64,000 nt of DNA, taken from contig JAAVFW010000024.1 in NCBI GenBank assembly GCA_014800535.1, forward strand, positions 681 through 64,680. Reading direction: 5' to 3'. Under the pieces are notes generated by a model. The model did no database searches and was not told the DNA's origin. It was given only the letters and a program-made list of their open reading frames with translations. The translations under genes and the position numbers were made by a program. The DNA comes from Bacteroidales bacterium (GTDB lineage Bacteria; Bacteroidota; Bacteroidia; Bacteroidales; Muribaculaceae). Shown in pieces: positions 1-10,431 of the stretch (positions are counted from its first letter, which is position 1; each line of letters starts with the position of its first letter).

Positions 1-161
1 TCAATATCAGATAAATCGTTCAAAAAATCCTCGGGTAGTCCGAATTTGGCTTTCAAATTCGTCAATTCATCCGGCGTCGGAGTCTCTATATTGACCCAAC
101 TCCCCGGAGCCCATTCTTTTGCTATTAAAAAATCTTCGGAATACTTCAGGTAAGTTATCAT
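1..161 (-). CDS. corA: CorA-family Mg2+ transporter, N-terminal part (runs off the left edge)
   Basis: Manual translation from ATG at 161: MITYLKYSEDFLIAKEWAPGSWVNIETPTPDELTNLKAKFGLPEDFLNDLSDI. The WVNIxxP...LPxxFLxDxxD pattern is typical of the Bacteroidales CorA N-terminus. A TAATTTTG promoter box lies at 194-201 (-). Confidence 0.75.
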   Translation of the reverse strand, partial: MITYLKYSEDFLIAKEWAPGSWVNIETPTPDELTNLKAKFGLPEDFLNDLSDI

Positions 162-365
162 AAACTTTGTTTATATACAGGATTATAAGGTTACAAAATT
201 AGGTGTTTTAATTGAAACTGTCAAAACAATCATTGACACTCTCAATATTTGATTTATTTTGCGTTAAAGTCTATTACTTAATGGTGATGCAATCTTAAAA
301 TAAGAGCAGTTTATATAATTGAAAAATATGATTAATTTTGTAAGTAATAAGAGAAGAACAGTGAC

Positions 366-1916
366 GTGAACAGCGCAAAGACAGTTACCGATATTCATGG
401 CATTGCCGGAAACACTCTGATGCTTTATTTCAGAATGTTTATGGTGATGGGCGTCTCACTCTATACCTCGCGTATAGTGCTTGAGCAACTTGGAACTGTT
501 GATTACGGAATTTATAGTGCGGTCGGAAGCATAGTGGTGCTCCTCACCTTTCTTGACGGAGCGATGTCACTTTCCACAGTTAGATTTCTATCGTTCGCAC
601 TTGGAAGGAATGACACTGCCGGTGCATCCCGAATTTTTCGCACTGCTTTTTCGATCCATATAATCCTGTCGTTGATTATACTTCTCTTGGCCGAAACGAT
701 CGGACTGTGGTTTCTGAACCATTACATGAAGATACCTCCTTCTCAACTTTCAGCTGCCAACTGGGTTTATCAATGCACACTGGCATCATTTATTTTCTCC
801 ATCCTCCGTTCACCTGTCAGCTCAGTTGTCATCGCACACGAAAAGATGAAGATATTCGCTGTCCTAAGTGTCCTGGAGGTAGTGATGAAATTGATGGTTG
901 CTCTCTCGTTGACCCTCATTCTCGCTGATAAGCTCAAGGCGTATGCTATTCTCAATTTGGGAGCATCGGTCGTTTTCACTGCAATCAATGTGATTTATTG
1001 CAGTCGTTATTTTCCGGAATGTAGGTCATTCCGCCCGATTTATGATAAAGAACAGTTTCGACCCATGACACACTTTATGTCGTGGAGCATATTCGGCCAC
1101 CTCTCATGGATAGGGAAAAATCAGGGATGCAACATTCTGTTAAATCTCTTCTTTGGGCCGGTTGTCAATGCTGCCTACGCACTTGCCGCACAGGTTAATG
1201 CCGCCCTGAACGGGTTTGTTCAGAATTTCACCACGGCGATCAATCCCCGGATTACAAAGACATATTCCTCCGGAGAGTTCGTGCAGAGTGAAAGACTAAT
1301 CATATATGGAAGTAAAATTTCATTTTACCTGCTTCTTATTTTATCATTCCCCATTCTGATTGCAACAAAACCTATTCTCAGAATCTGGTTGGCAACCCCT
1401 CCCCCTGACACTGCGGTGTTCATTCAACTGGTCATTATCAATTCGCTTATTGAAAGTTTCACATATTGCCTCGGAGCCGGGATAAGAGCTACCGGAGAAG
1501 TGAAGCTTTACGAAATAATCGTGGGTAGTATTCATTTCGCCATTCTTCCGTTGGCCTACGTTGCCCTGTATTACGGATTGAATCCTCAGTCGATATTCAT
1601 TATAATGATTATCCTTTCATGCGTTGCGCTTTATGCCAGATTAGCGATACTCAAAAAGTATCTCAAATCCTTCTCCATTCTCAAAATGTGTCGCATTGTC
1701 TTTCTCCCCGCAGGAGTGATTACGGCAATCCTCACCGGTTTATTTGTGCTTTACAAGATGAATAATCTTGATGAAATAATAAATCCATTTATAACCATTG
1801 CAACAAGTGCTCTGCTTGTAATTGCGCTTGAATTCTTAATTGGATTCAATCCCTCGGAAAGGAAGTTTATCACCAAGGGGTTCGCATCGAAATTTGCGAA
1901 ATATAAACACAATTGA
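366..1916 (+). CDS. Wzx/MOP-superfamily polysaccharide flippase
   Basis: 516 aa, many TM segments; IAxNTxxLYxRM...YTSRIVLxxLGxxDYGIY and NxFFGPxVNAA motifs of Bacteroidales flippases; GTG start. Confidence 0.85.
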   Translation: MNSAKTVTDIHGIAGNTLMLYFRMFMVMGVSLYTSRIVLEQLGTVDYGIYSAVGSIVVLLTFLDGAMSLSTVRFLSFALGRNDTAGASRIFRTAFSIHIILSLIILLLAETIGLWFLNHYMKIPPSQLSAANWVYQCTLASFIFSILRSPVSSVVIAHEKMKIFAVLSVLEVVMKLMVALSLTLILADKLKAYAILNLGASVVFTAINVIYCSRYFPECRSFRPIYDKEQFRPMTHFMSWSIFGHLSWIGKNQGCNILLNLFFGPVVNAAYALAAQVNAALNGFVQNFTTAINPRITKTYSSGEFVQSERLIIYGSKISFYLLLILSFPILIATKPILRIWLATPPPDTAVFIQLVIINSLIESFTYCLGAGIRATGEVKLYEIIVGSIHFAILPLAYVALYYGLNPQSIFIIMIILSCVALYARLAILKKYLKSFSILKMCRIVFLPAGVITAILTGLFVLYKMNNLDEIINPFITIATSALLVIALEFLIGFNPSERKFITKGFASKFAKYKHN

Positions 1917-1945
1917 AAAGTTCCCGAATCACTAACCGCTCGAAA

Positions 1946-2824
1946 ATGCACTCGAAATTCATACATCTCCTTATAATCATCTCCCTTCTTCCGGTCTTAT
2001 TCTCATGCCGAAAGGAACATGCGGTCAATAATGTCAACCAACGGGTTGCAAATCTGAGTATCGACGATGTTGAAGTGTTCAGTGATTTGATTAACTACCA
2101 AAATGATTATGACTCCCTGTTCCAGCACCCCTTCTTCAGCTTCTTAAAGAATCTTCATAAAGACTACGGCTTAGTCGTCACTCTCTACACATACGAATTA
2201 CTCGACAATGACAATGTAACCCTCAAAGAGATGCCCCTTAAATATAAAAACGACTTCAGAAAGGCATCTGACTGGTTAAGGATTGGCTTCCACAGCAAAA
2301 GACATGAATTTGACAGTCTGATCTCTGTCGCTGATTTTCATGATTCGTATAATAATATGAACTCGGCAATTTCTCAATTTGCAGATTCTTCGATGATCGC
2401 AAAGACATTAAGATTCCACTATTTTTTCGCACCCGATTCGTTACTAAACGGATTGCCGGGAGTCAGTACTCTTCTTTGTGCTGACAACAAAAAGTGCATG
2501 TCATATAATCTCACTCTCCACGAAGTCTTGACCGTAGCAAACAATGGAGGAATCGTAAAAAACAACATTACCTACAGAAGAACTGATTTGCGAATTGACG
2601 ACAATTATCGAATTTTATTCGATTTGAAACTTCTCGATTCTTCTGACACATTAGTGATTTTCACTCATCAGTGGAAGCTATATCATATCCGTAAAGGCGA
2701 CAGCAGACAGAGTGCTGTCGGAAAAATCAAGGTTTGGACAAAAGAGTCTTTCAACCGCCTGTTATTTAAGGAAACGGTCAAAAGACTCTTTAATTCAGGT
2801 TATAAATTCTCATTTCTTGAATAA
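1946..2824 (+). CDS. Lipoprotein with NodB/polysaccharide deacetylase-like (CE4) fold
   Basis: Likely start at ATG 1946 (MHSKF...VLFS-C lipobox); SIDD, IGFHS and VIFTH motifs resemble CE4 motifs 1, 2 and 5. Confidence 0.55.
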   Translation: MHSKFIHLLIIISLLPVLFSCRKEHAVNNVNQRVANLSIDDVEVFSDLINYQNDYDSLFQHPFFSFLKNLHKDYGLVVTLYTYELLDNDNVTLKEMPLKYKNDFRKASDWLRIGFHSKRHEFDSLISVADFHDSYNNMNSAISQFADSSMIAKTLRFHYFFAPDSLLNGLPGVSTLLCADNKKCMSYNLTLHEVLTVANNGGIVKNNITYRRTDLRIDDNYRILFDLKLLDSSDTLVIFTHQWKLYHIRKGDSRQSAVGKIKVWTKESFNRLLFKETVKRLFNSGYKFSFLE

Positions 2825-2825
2825 A

Positions 2826-2857
2826 CCGCCGGTTCTCACATCAGCGGGAACCGGTGG
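2826..2857. terminator. Intrinsic terminator-like hairpin between convergent genes
   Basis: CCGCCGGTTCTC...GGGAACCGGTGG inverted repeat. Confidence 0.65.
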
Positions 2858-2865
2858 ATAAATCT

Positions 2866-3501
2866 TTATTCACTCCATTTTTCATGATGGATATGACCAG
2901 GCTCCCATTTATCCTTAGGAGTTACCTCTCCCGACGGATAACCAACACAGATACATGCCATAGGAATAATGTTTTCAGGAAGCTCAAGCATCTCTGAAAA
3001 CACCTTCACACGCTCCGAAAGAGGATAAATGCCACACCAGACTGCACCGAGTCCAATCGAATGTGCTGCCAGCAATAAGTTCTCTGACGCTGCCGACACA
3101 TCCTGCACCCAATATTCTCTCCCCTCTCCCTCAAAAGTTTCTGAAGTATCGCCACACATTACGATTGCCAAAGGTGCCTCCTTTGCCATCGTCATTGACC
3201 CGAAATTATTTCCGATTTTATCAAGTGTCGCTCTACTTTCGATAACCACAAAACGCCATGGCTGCTTATTCCCCGCTGTCGGAGCTGCCATTGCCGCACG
3301 AAGTAATGTGTCGACGGTCTCCTTCCCGATCTTTCGGTCTGAATAAGACCTGACACTCGCTCTTGTCATTATATTCTCTAAAACCGGATTCCCTTCCGGA
3401 TCATTCACCTGCTTGTCGTCATTGCCACTGCTAACCCATTTATAGGAGACGAAGACAAGACCTAAGGCAAGCAATAAAATAAGATATATCGGATTTTTCA
3501 T
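2866..3501 (-). CDS. Nitroreductase family protein with N-terminal membrane anchor
   Basis: RASVRSY, APTAGNKQPWRF, ENLLLAAHSIGLGAVW motifs. Confidence 0.92.
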   Translation of the reverse strand: MKNPIYLILLLALGLVFVSYKWVSSGNDDKQVNDPEGNPVLENIMTRASVRSYSDRKIGKETVDTLLRAAMAAPTAGNKQPWRFVVIESRATLDKIGNNFGSMTMAKEAPLAIVMCGDTSETFEGEGREYWVQDVSAASENLLLAAHSIGLGAVWCGIYPLSERVKVFSEMLELPENIIPMACICVGYPSGEVTPKDKWEPGHIHHEKWSE

Positions 3502-3506
3502 CTTTC

Positions 3507-4559
3507 TTAACCTATATTATCAGAACGTTTGAAAAGTGACCCTGTCGGGCATACAAACCGGCAGTATGGCCGTGTCACAATAGCCGAGAGCACTATAAAA
3601 AGTATAGCAGCTCCTATTATCCACCATGAAGCTGACCGAAATTGAAAGGCCTGAAATAACTCCAGATCCATCCATGAAGTAAATGTATCACACCACAAAA
3701 GGAGCATCAGACAAGCCCACAGAATTTTACGGAACCAGTCAAGACATTTCACAACCTTTGCCGAAATCTTAACCTTAAAACCGCAGATACTTCCCATAAG
3801 CTGCTGCATCGAACCCAAAGGACAGATATGTGTGCAATAATACTGAGGTTTGCCAAAAAGCGGATAAATAAACGCGGCAATCAACATAACCACAATAACC
3901 AACATCCCAGGAAGTGCAACTCCATCTGCAAATGATCTGAGCATTACAGCATAGTCTAAGAATTGACCACTCCAGAATCCGAGTACAACGACGTTGGCAA
4001 TCATCTGAACCGTATGATAAACCTTATTTTTCACAAACAAGGGAAGCACACAAGCTGCAAGCGTCACAACCAGAGCAACCCACAACTTCACAGGAATCGA
4101 AGTGTGTCGGTCAACCGCCGTCTGAGCGTAATATGCTGCACCAATATTGACATTGTTGATAATGGCAGCCGAAGAGAATGTCGCGCCCGACACTGCATCA
4201 ATCTTCATTTCCGCAACCTCTTCAGGAGTCTTACCATCCCACTCACCCAATAGTTTTGAAGCCCGCTTAAAAAAGCCGGGAGTTTCCACATTAGGGAGTG
4301 CCTCGACACCGGTAATAACCCCATCCTTTATCTTAATATCAAGAGGAACTTCACCGGCATACCCTTCGATTGTTCCGGGCAGATATTCAGTGTGCACCAC
4401 CATTGTGCCATCTTCAAGCACTGAAATCGTATCGACCGGCTCTGACAGGCTCTCCTTTGAATTTCCTATTACAGAATATCCCAAAAGCGTCTTATGAACC
4501 GTCAATGAGGCAGCCGCGAGCATGAGCAAAACGAGAAGAAAACTCAAAAATCTGTTCAT
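3507..4559 (-). CDS. FMN-binding domain plus 4Fe-4S-binding membrane protein (NosR/NirI/RnfG-like)
   Basis: DAVSGATFSS flavinylation motif; YCTHICPLG and YCRFVCPTG CxxxCP motifs; TM helices. Confidence 0.88.
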   Translation of the reverse strand: MNRFLSFLLVLLMLAAASLTVHKTLLGYSVIGNSKESLSEPVDTISVLEDGTMVVHTEYLPGTIEGYAGEVPLDIKIKDGVITGVEALPNVETPGFFKRASKLLGEWDGKTPEEVAEMKIDAVSGATFSSAAIINNVNIGAAYYAQTAVDRHTSIPVKLWVALVVTLAACVLPLFVKNKVYHTVQMIANVVVLGFWSGQFLDYAVMLRSFADGVALPGMLVIVVMLIAAFIYPLFGKPQYYCTHICPLGSMQQLMGSICGFKVKISAKVVKCLDWFRKILWACLMLLLWCDTFTSWMDLELFQAFQFRSASWWIIGAAILFIVLSAIVTRPYCRFVCPTGSLFKRSDNIG

Positions 4560-4574
4560 ATTAATAGAAAATAT

Positions 4575-4617
4575 TAGGAGGGCAAGCGAAAATATTTCAT
4601 TTCGGCTTACCCTCCTG
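4575..4617 (-). terminator. Terminator-like hairpin downstream of susD
   Basis: TAGGAGGGCAAGCGAAA...TTTCGGCTTACCCTCCTG imperfect inverted repeat. Confidence 0.6.
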
Positions 4618-4644
4618 ATAAAAGTTCAAGATTTAATCAAATGT

Positions 4645-6345
4645 TTACTCACCGTCGGGAGCCAACTGCTCAAGCTGAGTACTGCTGCAAAGCTTATTGT
4701 AGCGTTCCTCAGAACGAGGAATAGCCCAACGCCAGCCATTCTGAACTTCAGGACCATTCTCGTAAGCAAACTTAGCAGGCATGTTGTTAGAATCTTCATT
4801 TCCTGCAATCCAGGGATTACGAACTGCAGTGATATTCCAACGTTTCATGTTAAACCAAGTGTGACCCTCACCCCAAAGCTCCATACGGCTTGAGATCATA
4901 TACTCCTCGAAGAAAGCTTCGCCGGTCTTAGTGCAATTGTATCCGGGGATACGTTTGCTGTTGACGTCGTTAAGAGCTTTCTGAGCACCTGCGATATCAC
5001 CGAGATTGTAGCATGCTTCAGCTTCGTAGAGAGCGAGCTCGGAAGCACGCATGAAGGGGAAGCTAAGTGTGGTGTACGGACCCATACCCCAGAACTTAAA
5101 TCCGGCACCGAAAGGAACGATGACATCAGAAGCTGCACCTGAGTCAGTTGATGAAGTGTTAGCGGGCAAGAACATCTCAGTGTCGCCATTAGGCATCATA
5201 GTACGACCCATTGCCTGAATTGCAAGACGGAAACCTGCAATCTTGTTCATATTCATTGTTTCGGGGTCAACAGCTGACTCTTCCCAGAAATCAGCCGCAT
5301 GAACAGTGTTCGGCAAACGTTTGTCAGGAGTAAAGAAGTAATCACGACGGCAGTCGTTTTCATCAGTAGCCTTGTAAAGGTCATAGCTGATGCTGGGTGA
5401 GCCATAGCCAAGGAATGAAGCGTAACCACCGTTACAAGCAAACCATGAACCCCAACCAGTATAACCGGTTACGTTCTCATCGGCTGCATTAGCCCACATC
5501 CATTCACCATTGGGAGTGTAGAAACCGCTTGTGTATTCTTCAGCAGTCATGATGGGATAGTTAGCGCGAGCGGCACGAGCCATGTCACGAGCTTTTGCCC
5601 AGTCATGTTTCAACATAGCGGCACGAGCATAAACACCGCGAGCGATGTCGATATTCGGTTCCCAGATCTGAGAACGGCTTTTGCCTGACTGAGTATAAAG
5701 TTCGATTGCCTCGTCAAGGTCATCATAAATAAGTTTCAATACCTTATTCATGCTTGCGAGGGGAGCATCACCTGTGCCGGGTTCTGTGCGGTAAACAAGC
5801 ACATACTTCTTACCTTCAGCACTGTCTTCCCATCTCGGACCATAAATCTTGAGAAGAAACTGATAAGCGTGAGCACGCATTGTCAAAGCCTGAGCCTTGA
5901 TAAATGCGCGGTCAGCTTCAGGACCTTCGGCGTTGTCGATATCAACAAGGATGGTGTTAGCCTGGTTAATCAAGTTGTAACCATACATCCATCCGGGGAA
6001 CGCAGGCATGTATTCTGCTCTGGTGATGAATTCCCACTTCATGAAGTCAACACCTGACAATGCATACCAGTTGTAGAACCAGTCAGGGCTGTTCTGGTCA
6101 CCGTAAAGAGTGTTGATTGATGCCTCACCTGTAACCTGGGGAGCAAGGTCAACGCCGCCATAGGGGCAGTTCATTGAGTAACAGAGACCGTTGATTGCAT
6201 ATTTTGCAGCCTCGGTTGTGCCCATTACGGTTGAGGTCGGATAGTCTACTTCAGGAGCGAGGTCCAGATAATCACTCGAGCAAGAACCGAGAGATCCGGC
6301 AACAAGCACACCGGCAAGCGACTTGAAAATTATATTCTTTTTCAT
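4645..6345 (-). CDS. SusD/RagB family nutrient-uptake lipoprotein
   Basis: Lipobox LGS-C, YNLINQAN, RAHAY, IYDDLDEA, MRASE, RMELWGEG..WF..KRW; directly downstream of susC. Confidence 0.95.
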   Translation of the reverse strand: MKKNIIFKSLAGVLVAGSLGSCSSDYLDLAPEVDYPTSTVMGTTEAAKYAINGLCYSMNCPYGGVDLAPQVTGEASINTLYGDQNSPDWFYNWYALSGVDFMKWEFITRAEYMPAFPGWMYGYNLINQANTILVDIDNAEGPEADRAFIKAQALTMRAHAYQFLLKIYGPRWEDSAEGKKYVLVYRTEPGTGDAPLASMNKVLKLIYDDLDEAIELYTQSGKSRSQIWEPNIDIARGVYARAAMLKHDWAKARDMARAARANYPIMTAEEYTSGFYTPNGEWMWANAADENVTGYTGWGSWFACNGGYASFLGYGSPSISYDLYKATDENDCRRDYFFTPDKRLPNTVHAADFWEESAVDPETMNMNKIAGFRLAIQAMGRTMMPNGDTEMFLPANTSSTDSGAASDVIVPFGAGFKFWGMGPYTTLSFPFMRASELALYEAEACYNLGDIAGAQKALNDVNSKRIPGYNCTKTGEAFFEEYMISSRMELWGEGHTWFNMKRWNITAVRNPWIAGNEDSNNMPAKFAYENGPEVQNGWRWAIPRSEERYNKLCSSTQLEQLAPDGE

Positions 6346-6387
6346 AAATAATCTTTTCTTGATAAGTTAAGTTTTATCTCCCGGATA

Positions 6388-9300
6388 TTAGAAGCGAGCT
6401 GTGAGCTGGAACTGGAATGTTCTTGCAGGCACATAGCTTGCACCCTGACCACCGGCAAAACCATACTGCGGGTTAAGACCCTTGCGTGCAGCAAGTGTAA
6501 AGATATTGTCGATAGAGAAACCGAGGTTAAGACCCTGAAGCTTCATTACGTTTGTCCACTTGCGGGGGAAATCGTAAGAGATATTTAGGTTCTTGAACAC
6601 AAGATAATTCTTGGAAACAAGGAATCTTGAAGACTGTGCGCTTGCATACTGCGCATTGTTGACGTTGTTCTGAGGAACACCGTTGGGATCAATACGGTCT
6701 GCACCGGTGTAATCAGTTGTCATGCCTTCGGGAGCTTCTGTCCATGCCTTTAGCGCGTCAACGTGTACGGCACCTGCAGTGTTGCCGAAATACATCAACT
6801 GAGCATAGTTGCTATCGTAGATCTTACCACCGAGGCTATAAGTGAACAGAAGGTTAAGGTTGATACCCTTCCAGCTGAGGTTTGTTCCGAATGAACCGAA
6901 CACTGTCGGGATTGAAGAGCCACAAAGCTTACGACCTGCGTATGCTGTCTTGGTGGTGTACTCCTTACCGTCGATCACTACATAAGCACCGTCTGCCTTA
7001 GCGTCAGCTACGTTCTTGTTGTAAAGATCTGCATTGAATACTTCATTTCCGTTTTCATCCCACTGGATGTAGTCGTAAGAATCCTTTGCCATTTCGTAAA
7101 GAGACTGACCGGTTGCCTGGTCAACACCTGCCCACTTGTAAGTGTACATTTCAAATTTGCTCTTTCCGATGAACAAGCTCTGGCTCGGTTCTGAGTGGCC
7201 GTTAGGAAGTTTTGTAATCTTATTCTTGATGAATGTTGCGTCAAGAGTGAAATCCCAGTAAAGGTCGCGTGTTTCGATAAGACCAACCTTGAAACCAAGC
7301 TCCCAACCGTAGTTCAACATCGTACCGATGTTTGTAAGAACTGAAGGATATGAACCGCTGTCACCCATTGTACCTGAAGACATAGGTTTCACAACAGAGA
7401 AGATAAGGTCGGCATTGCTCTTGTTGAAGTAGCCGATGCTGAAGTTGAGTCGGTTCCAAAGGTTACCTTCCAAAGCAAGGTCAAGAGTTTTGGTTGACTC
7501 CCAGGTAAGGTCGTCTGAAGGACGCTGAGTCGGGACAAGCACCTTAGTGCCGTCGTAAGAAGTCATGCCGTAAAGTGACCAGTAAGCGTAAGCACCTACA
7601 ATAGAGAGGTCACCCACTGAACCGTATGCAGCACGGAGTTTCAAATAGTCAACCCAGTTTACGTTCTGCATGAATTTCTCAGAAGAGATGATCCAGCTTG
7701 CGCCAACTGACCAGAATGTACCCCAACGATGATCTTTTGCGAAACGTGAAGAACCGTCGCGACGAAGGCTGAACTCACCGAAGTAACGGTTGTCGTAGTT
7801 ATAGCGTGCACGACCGAGGTAAGATTCGGTGCGCTCCGTGCCGATTGACTGAGTAGCAGGCTGAGTTGTCTCGAAGTTAGACAGAGCAACGATGCCGGGC
7901 ATTACCTGACCGATTGCAGCCACATTTGAGATGTCTTCGCTGTATTCGTAGTTCTCGTGGTTAAGGAGGACGTCAACATGGTGGATTCCGTAGTTGTGGT
8001 CCCAGTTCAAAGTCTGATAGAAGTTGTGAGACTTGATGTAATACCAAGTGTCAGAAAGACGACCGATTCCGGCAGCGTCACCAACAACGTTGTTCTGATA
8101 GCTCATTGCATCAGTCTTATCACGGTGCATGCTACCACGAACAGTGAAGTCGAAACCGTAAGGAAGGACAACAGTACCGTAGATGTTACCGTCGCCTACA
8201 AGAGCGCGAGAGTTTCTCTGGTCATGACGAAGTTCGTAGCCGATGTTACGGTTGCTCAGATAAGAAGCAAGGTTCCATACGGGCTGGCCGTCTTCATAAA
8301 GGATCTCACCGTTTTCACCGTGTGCATAGTAAGGATAGATAGGAGCGGTGAACATTGTGAGGAACGGGTTGGTTGCAAGGGTAAGGTCAGAACCTGTCAA
8401 ACCTGTGTTTGAGTTCTGAGACACTGCGTTCAAGTTCAAACCGAATTTCAAGTAGCTTGTGGGGTTGAAGTTTGCATTAACACGAGCGTTGAAACGTTCG
8501 AAGTCGGTCATAAGCATATAACCGTTCTCTTTCATGTAGCCTACAGAAGCGAACACATTGAATTTATCAGTTGCTGCTGCTGCATTGATGTTGTATTCCT
8601 GACGGTAGCCTGTTTTGCGAGATACGATGTCCCACCAGTCAAGGTCAGTGTAGCCGGGCATGACAGAAGTCGGAACGAACTTACCGTTTTCGTCGAAGAG
8701 TTCGTTTGAAGCATAGGGAGTCCAAACGCCATCTTCATTCTGATAACCGAAGACGTTGTTACGAGCGTAACCGGTTGAAGTCTGGAAGTTATTTCTGTAA
8801 TATTTGATAACAGCCGGAAGATCGCCGAGAGAGCCGGTAGTCATCGCACTGTTGACGTTAGCGTCGAAAGTTGTCTGCATCCAGTCAACTGCGTCAAGGC
8901 GGTCATAGAAAGGAAGACCACGCATGTAAGCACCCTGACGAATCTGGAGAGTTACGTCAACCTGTCCTTTATTCTTAGCTTTTTTAGTTGTGATAAGGAC
9001 AACACCGTTAGCACCCTTGTTACCGTAAAGAGCACAAGAAGCGGCATCCTTAAGGACTGACATTGATTCAACGTCAGCGGGGTTAAGGTCAGCGATTGAA
9101 CCGTTGTAAGGAACACCGTCGACAACGTAAAGAGGTGAGCCTGAACCCTGAATTGAGTTGAAGCCACGGATACGGATTGACGGAGCACTACCGGGAGCAC
9201 CGACAGAGTTGTCGACCATGACACCGGGAGCATTACCCTCAAGGGCTGCTGTTACTGAAGTCACAGGACGGTCTTCAATTTCCTTGCTACCTACAACAGC

Positions 9301-9660
9301 GACTGAACCTGTAAGAGATTCCTTTGTTGCGCTACCGTAAGCGACAACGACAACGTCGTCGAGTGACTGAGAAGTTGATGACAATTTAACAACCATATTG
9401 TCGCGAAGGTCAACAGTCTGCTCTGCATATCCGACGTAGGATATCTTTGCTTTCTTAACGCTCGCGGGAACGGTGATTGTAAAATTACCGTCAAGGTCGG
9501 CTGCGGCTCCGTTGCCACCACCAATCGGCATGATTGTCGCACCGATAAGTGGCTCATTGTCTGCCGCGTCCAGGATGGTGCCTGTATAGGTGTGCGTCTG
9601 AGCCTGAATGCTCAGGGTACACGCTATAAGCGTCATCAGGATGAAAAACAGTTTTCTCAT
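6388..9660 (-). CDS. SusC/RagA family TonB-dependent transporter
   Basis: Plug motif NPADVESMSVLKDAASCALYG...GANGVVLITTKK, RRDGSSRF, LKLRAAYG, C-terminal F. Confidence 0.97.
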   Translation of the reverse strand: MRKLFFILMTLIACTLSIQAQTHTYTGTILDAADNEPLIGATIMPIGGGNGAAADLDGNFTITVPASVKKAKISYVGYAEQTVDLRDNMVVKLSSTSQSLDDVVVVAYGSATKESLTGSVAVVGSKEIEDRPVTSVTAALEGNAPGVMVDNSVGAPGSAPSIRIRGFNSIQGSGSPLYVVDGVPYNGSIADLNPADVESMSVLKDAASCALYGNKGANGVVLITTKKAKNKGQVDVTLQIRQGAYMRGLPFYDRLDAVDWMQTTFDANVNSAMTTGSLGDLPAVIKYYRNNFQTSTGYARNNVFGYQNEDGVWTPYASNELFDENGKFVPTSVMPGYTDLDWWDIVSRKTGYRQEYNINAAAATDKFNVFASVGYMKENGYMLMTDFERFNARVNANFNPTSYLKFGLNLNAVSQNSNTGLTGSDLTLATNPFLTMFTAPIYPYYAHGENGEILYEDGQPVWNLASYLSNRNIGYELRHDQRNSRALVGDGNIYGTVVLPYGFDFTVRGSMHRDKTDAMSYQNNVVGDAAGIGRLSDTWYYIKSHNFYQTLNWDHNYGIHHVDVLLNHENYEYSEDISNVAAIGQVMPGIVALSNFETTQPATQSIGTERTESYLGRARYNYDNRYFGEFSLRRDGSSRFAKDHRWGTFWSVGASWIISSEKFMQNVNWVDYLKLRAAYGSVGDLSIVGAYAYWSLYGMTSYDGTKVLVPTQRPSDDLTWESTKTLDLALEGNLWNRLNFSIGYFNKSNADLIFSVVKPMSSGTMGDSGSYPSVLTNIGTMLNYGWELGFKVGLIETRDLYWDFTLDATFIKNKITKLPNGHSEPSQSLFIGKSKFEMYTYKWAGVDQATGQSLYEMAKDSYDYIQWDENGNEVFNADLYNKNVADAKADGAYVVIDGKEYTTKTAYAGRKLCGSSIPTVFGSFGTNLSWKGINLNLLFTYSLGGKIYDSNYAQLMYFGNTAGAVHVDALKAWTEAPEGMTTDYTGADRIDPNGVPQNNVNNAQYASAQSSRFLVSKNYLVFKNLNISYDFPRKWTNVMKLQGLNLGFSIDNIFTLAARKGLNPQYGFAGGQGASYVPARTFQFQLTARF

Positions 9661-9924
9661 ACTTAAAATGGTTAAGATAGTTATTATTGTTGTTGTTGTT
9701 TTTATTTCAGGTAATCAACCGACAAATGGTGGCAGGAAATCCCACCACCTTTCATGATTATCAGGCTTTCTTTTTTGAGTTTTCAATGGTTAATTTTCAA
9801 CGCTTTACGCACATCTCAAGCCATCTTCGATTTTGAAACAGGCGCAAGTTCGCTATTAAATTTATGCGAATTTAATGTTTTTTTTCAAACCCTACAAAAA
9901 ATCCTTTATAATTTATAAAAAATT

Positions 9925-10431
9925 TTAACGGTTTCCGCGTGTCGTCCGATGAAGGATGAAGGGTGCCGTGAGTCCGATATAACTGCTGTCGTTTTTCTTC
10001 TTTTCGTATTCTTCTCCAAACCGACGCGCAGCTTCTTCATCGGCAAACCGACCGGCTCCGACATACCAGTCTTCATCGGCTGACAGTAGTGCTATCCCGT
10101 CATAACCCTCCTTCCGGAGATTCTCGGCATGAGCCTTGGCATTAGTTACCATCTTATATTTTCCGACAATGAAGATGTAAAGCTCCGGAAAGTCTGTCGG
10201 GGTGACACTTATCGTCTCGACTCTATAAGCCTTGACTGAATCTACCTTGACAGGCTCATCCTCCAGCCTGCCGGAATTGAGAATATCTGCATCAACATCA
10301 ACGGCTTCCTTCTTGTGTCGCGCCGCATCGTAGGCCGCTTTATAGTTTTTTTCTGTCGGCTTACATGCTCCTGACACTAAAAGGAGAATGACAGCACAAA
10401 TTGCTGCTATATAAGAATTTCTCATCTTCAT
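9925..10431 (-). CDS. SPOR-domain lipoprotein
   Basis: Lipobox SGA-C, CKPTEKNYKAAY N-terminus, IVGKYK..NA....L...GY SPOR-like core. Confidence 0.7.
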   Translation of the reverse strand: MKMRNSYIAAICAVILLLVSGACKPTEKNYKAAYDAARHKKEAVDVDADILNSGRLEDEPVKVDSVKAYRVETISVTPTDFPELYIFIVGKYKMVTNAKAHAENLRKEGYDGIALLSADEDWYVGAGRFADEEAARRFGEEYEKKKNDSSYIGLTAPFILHRTTRGNR

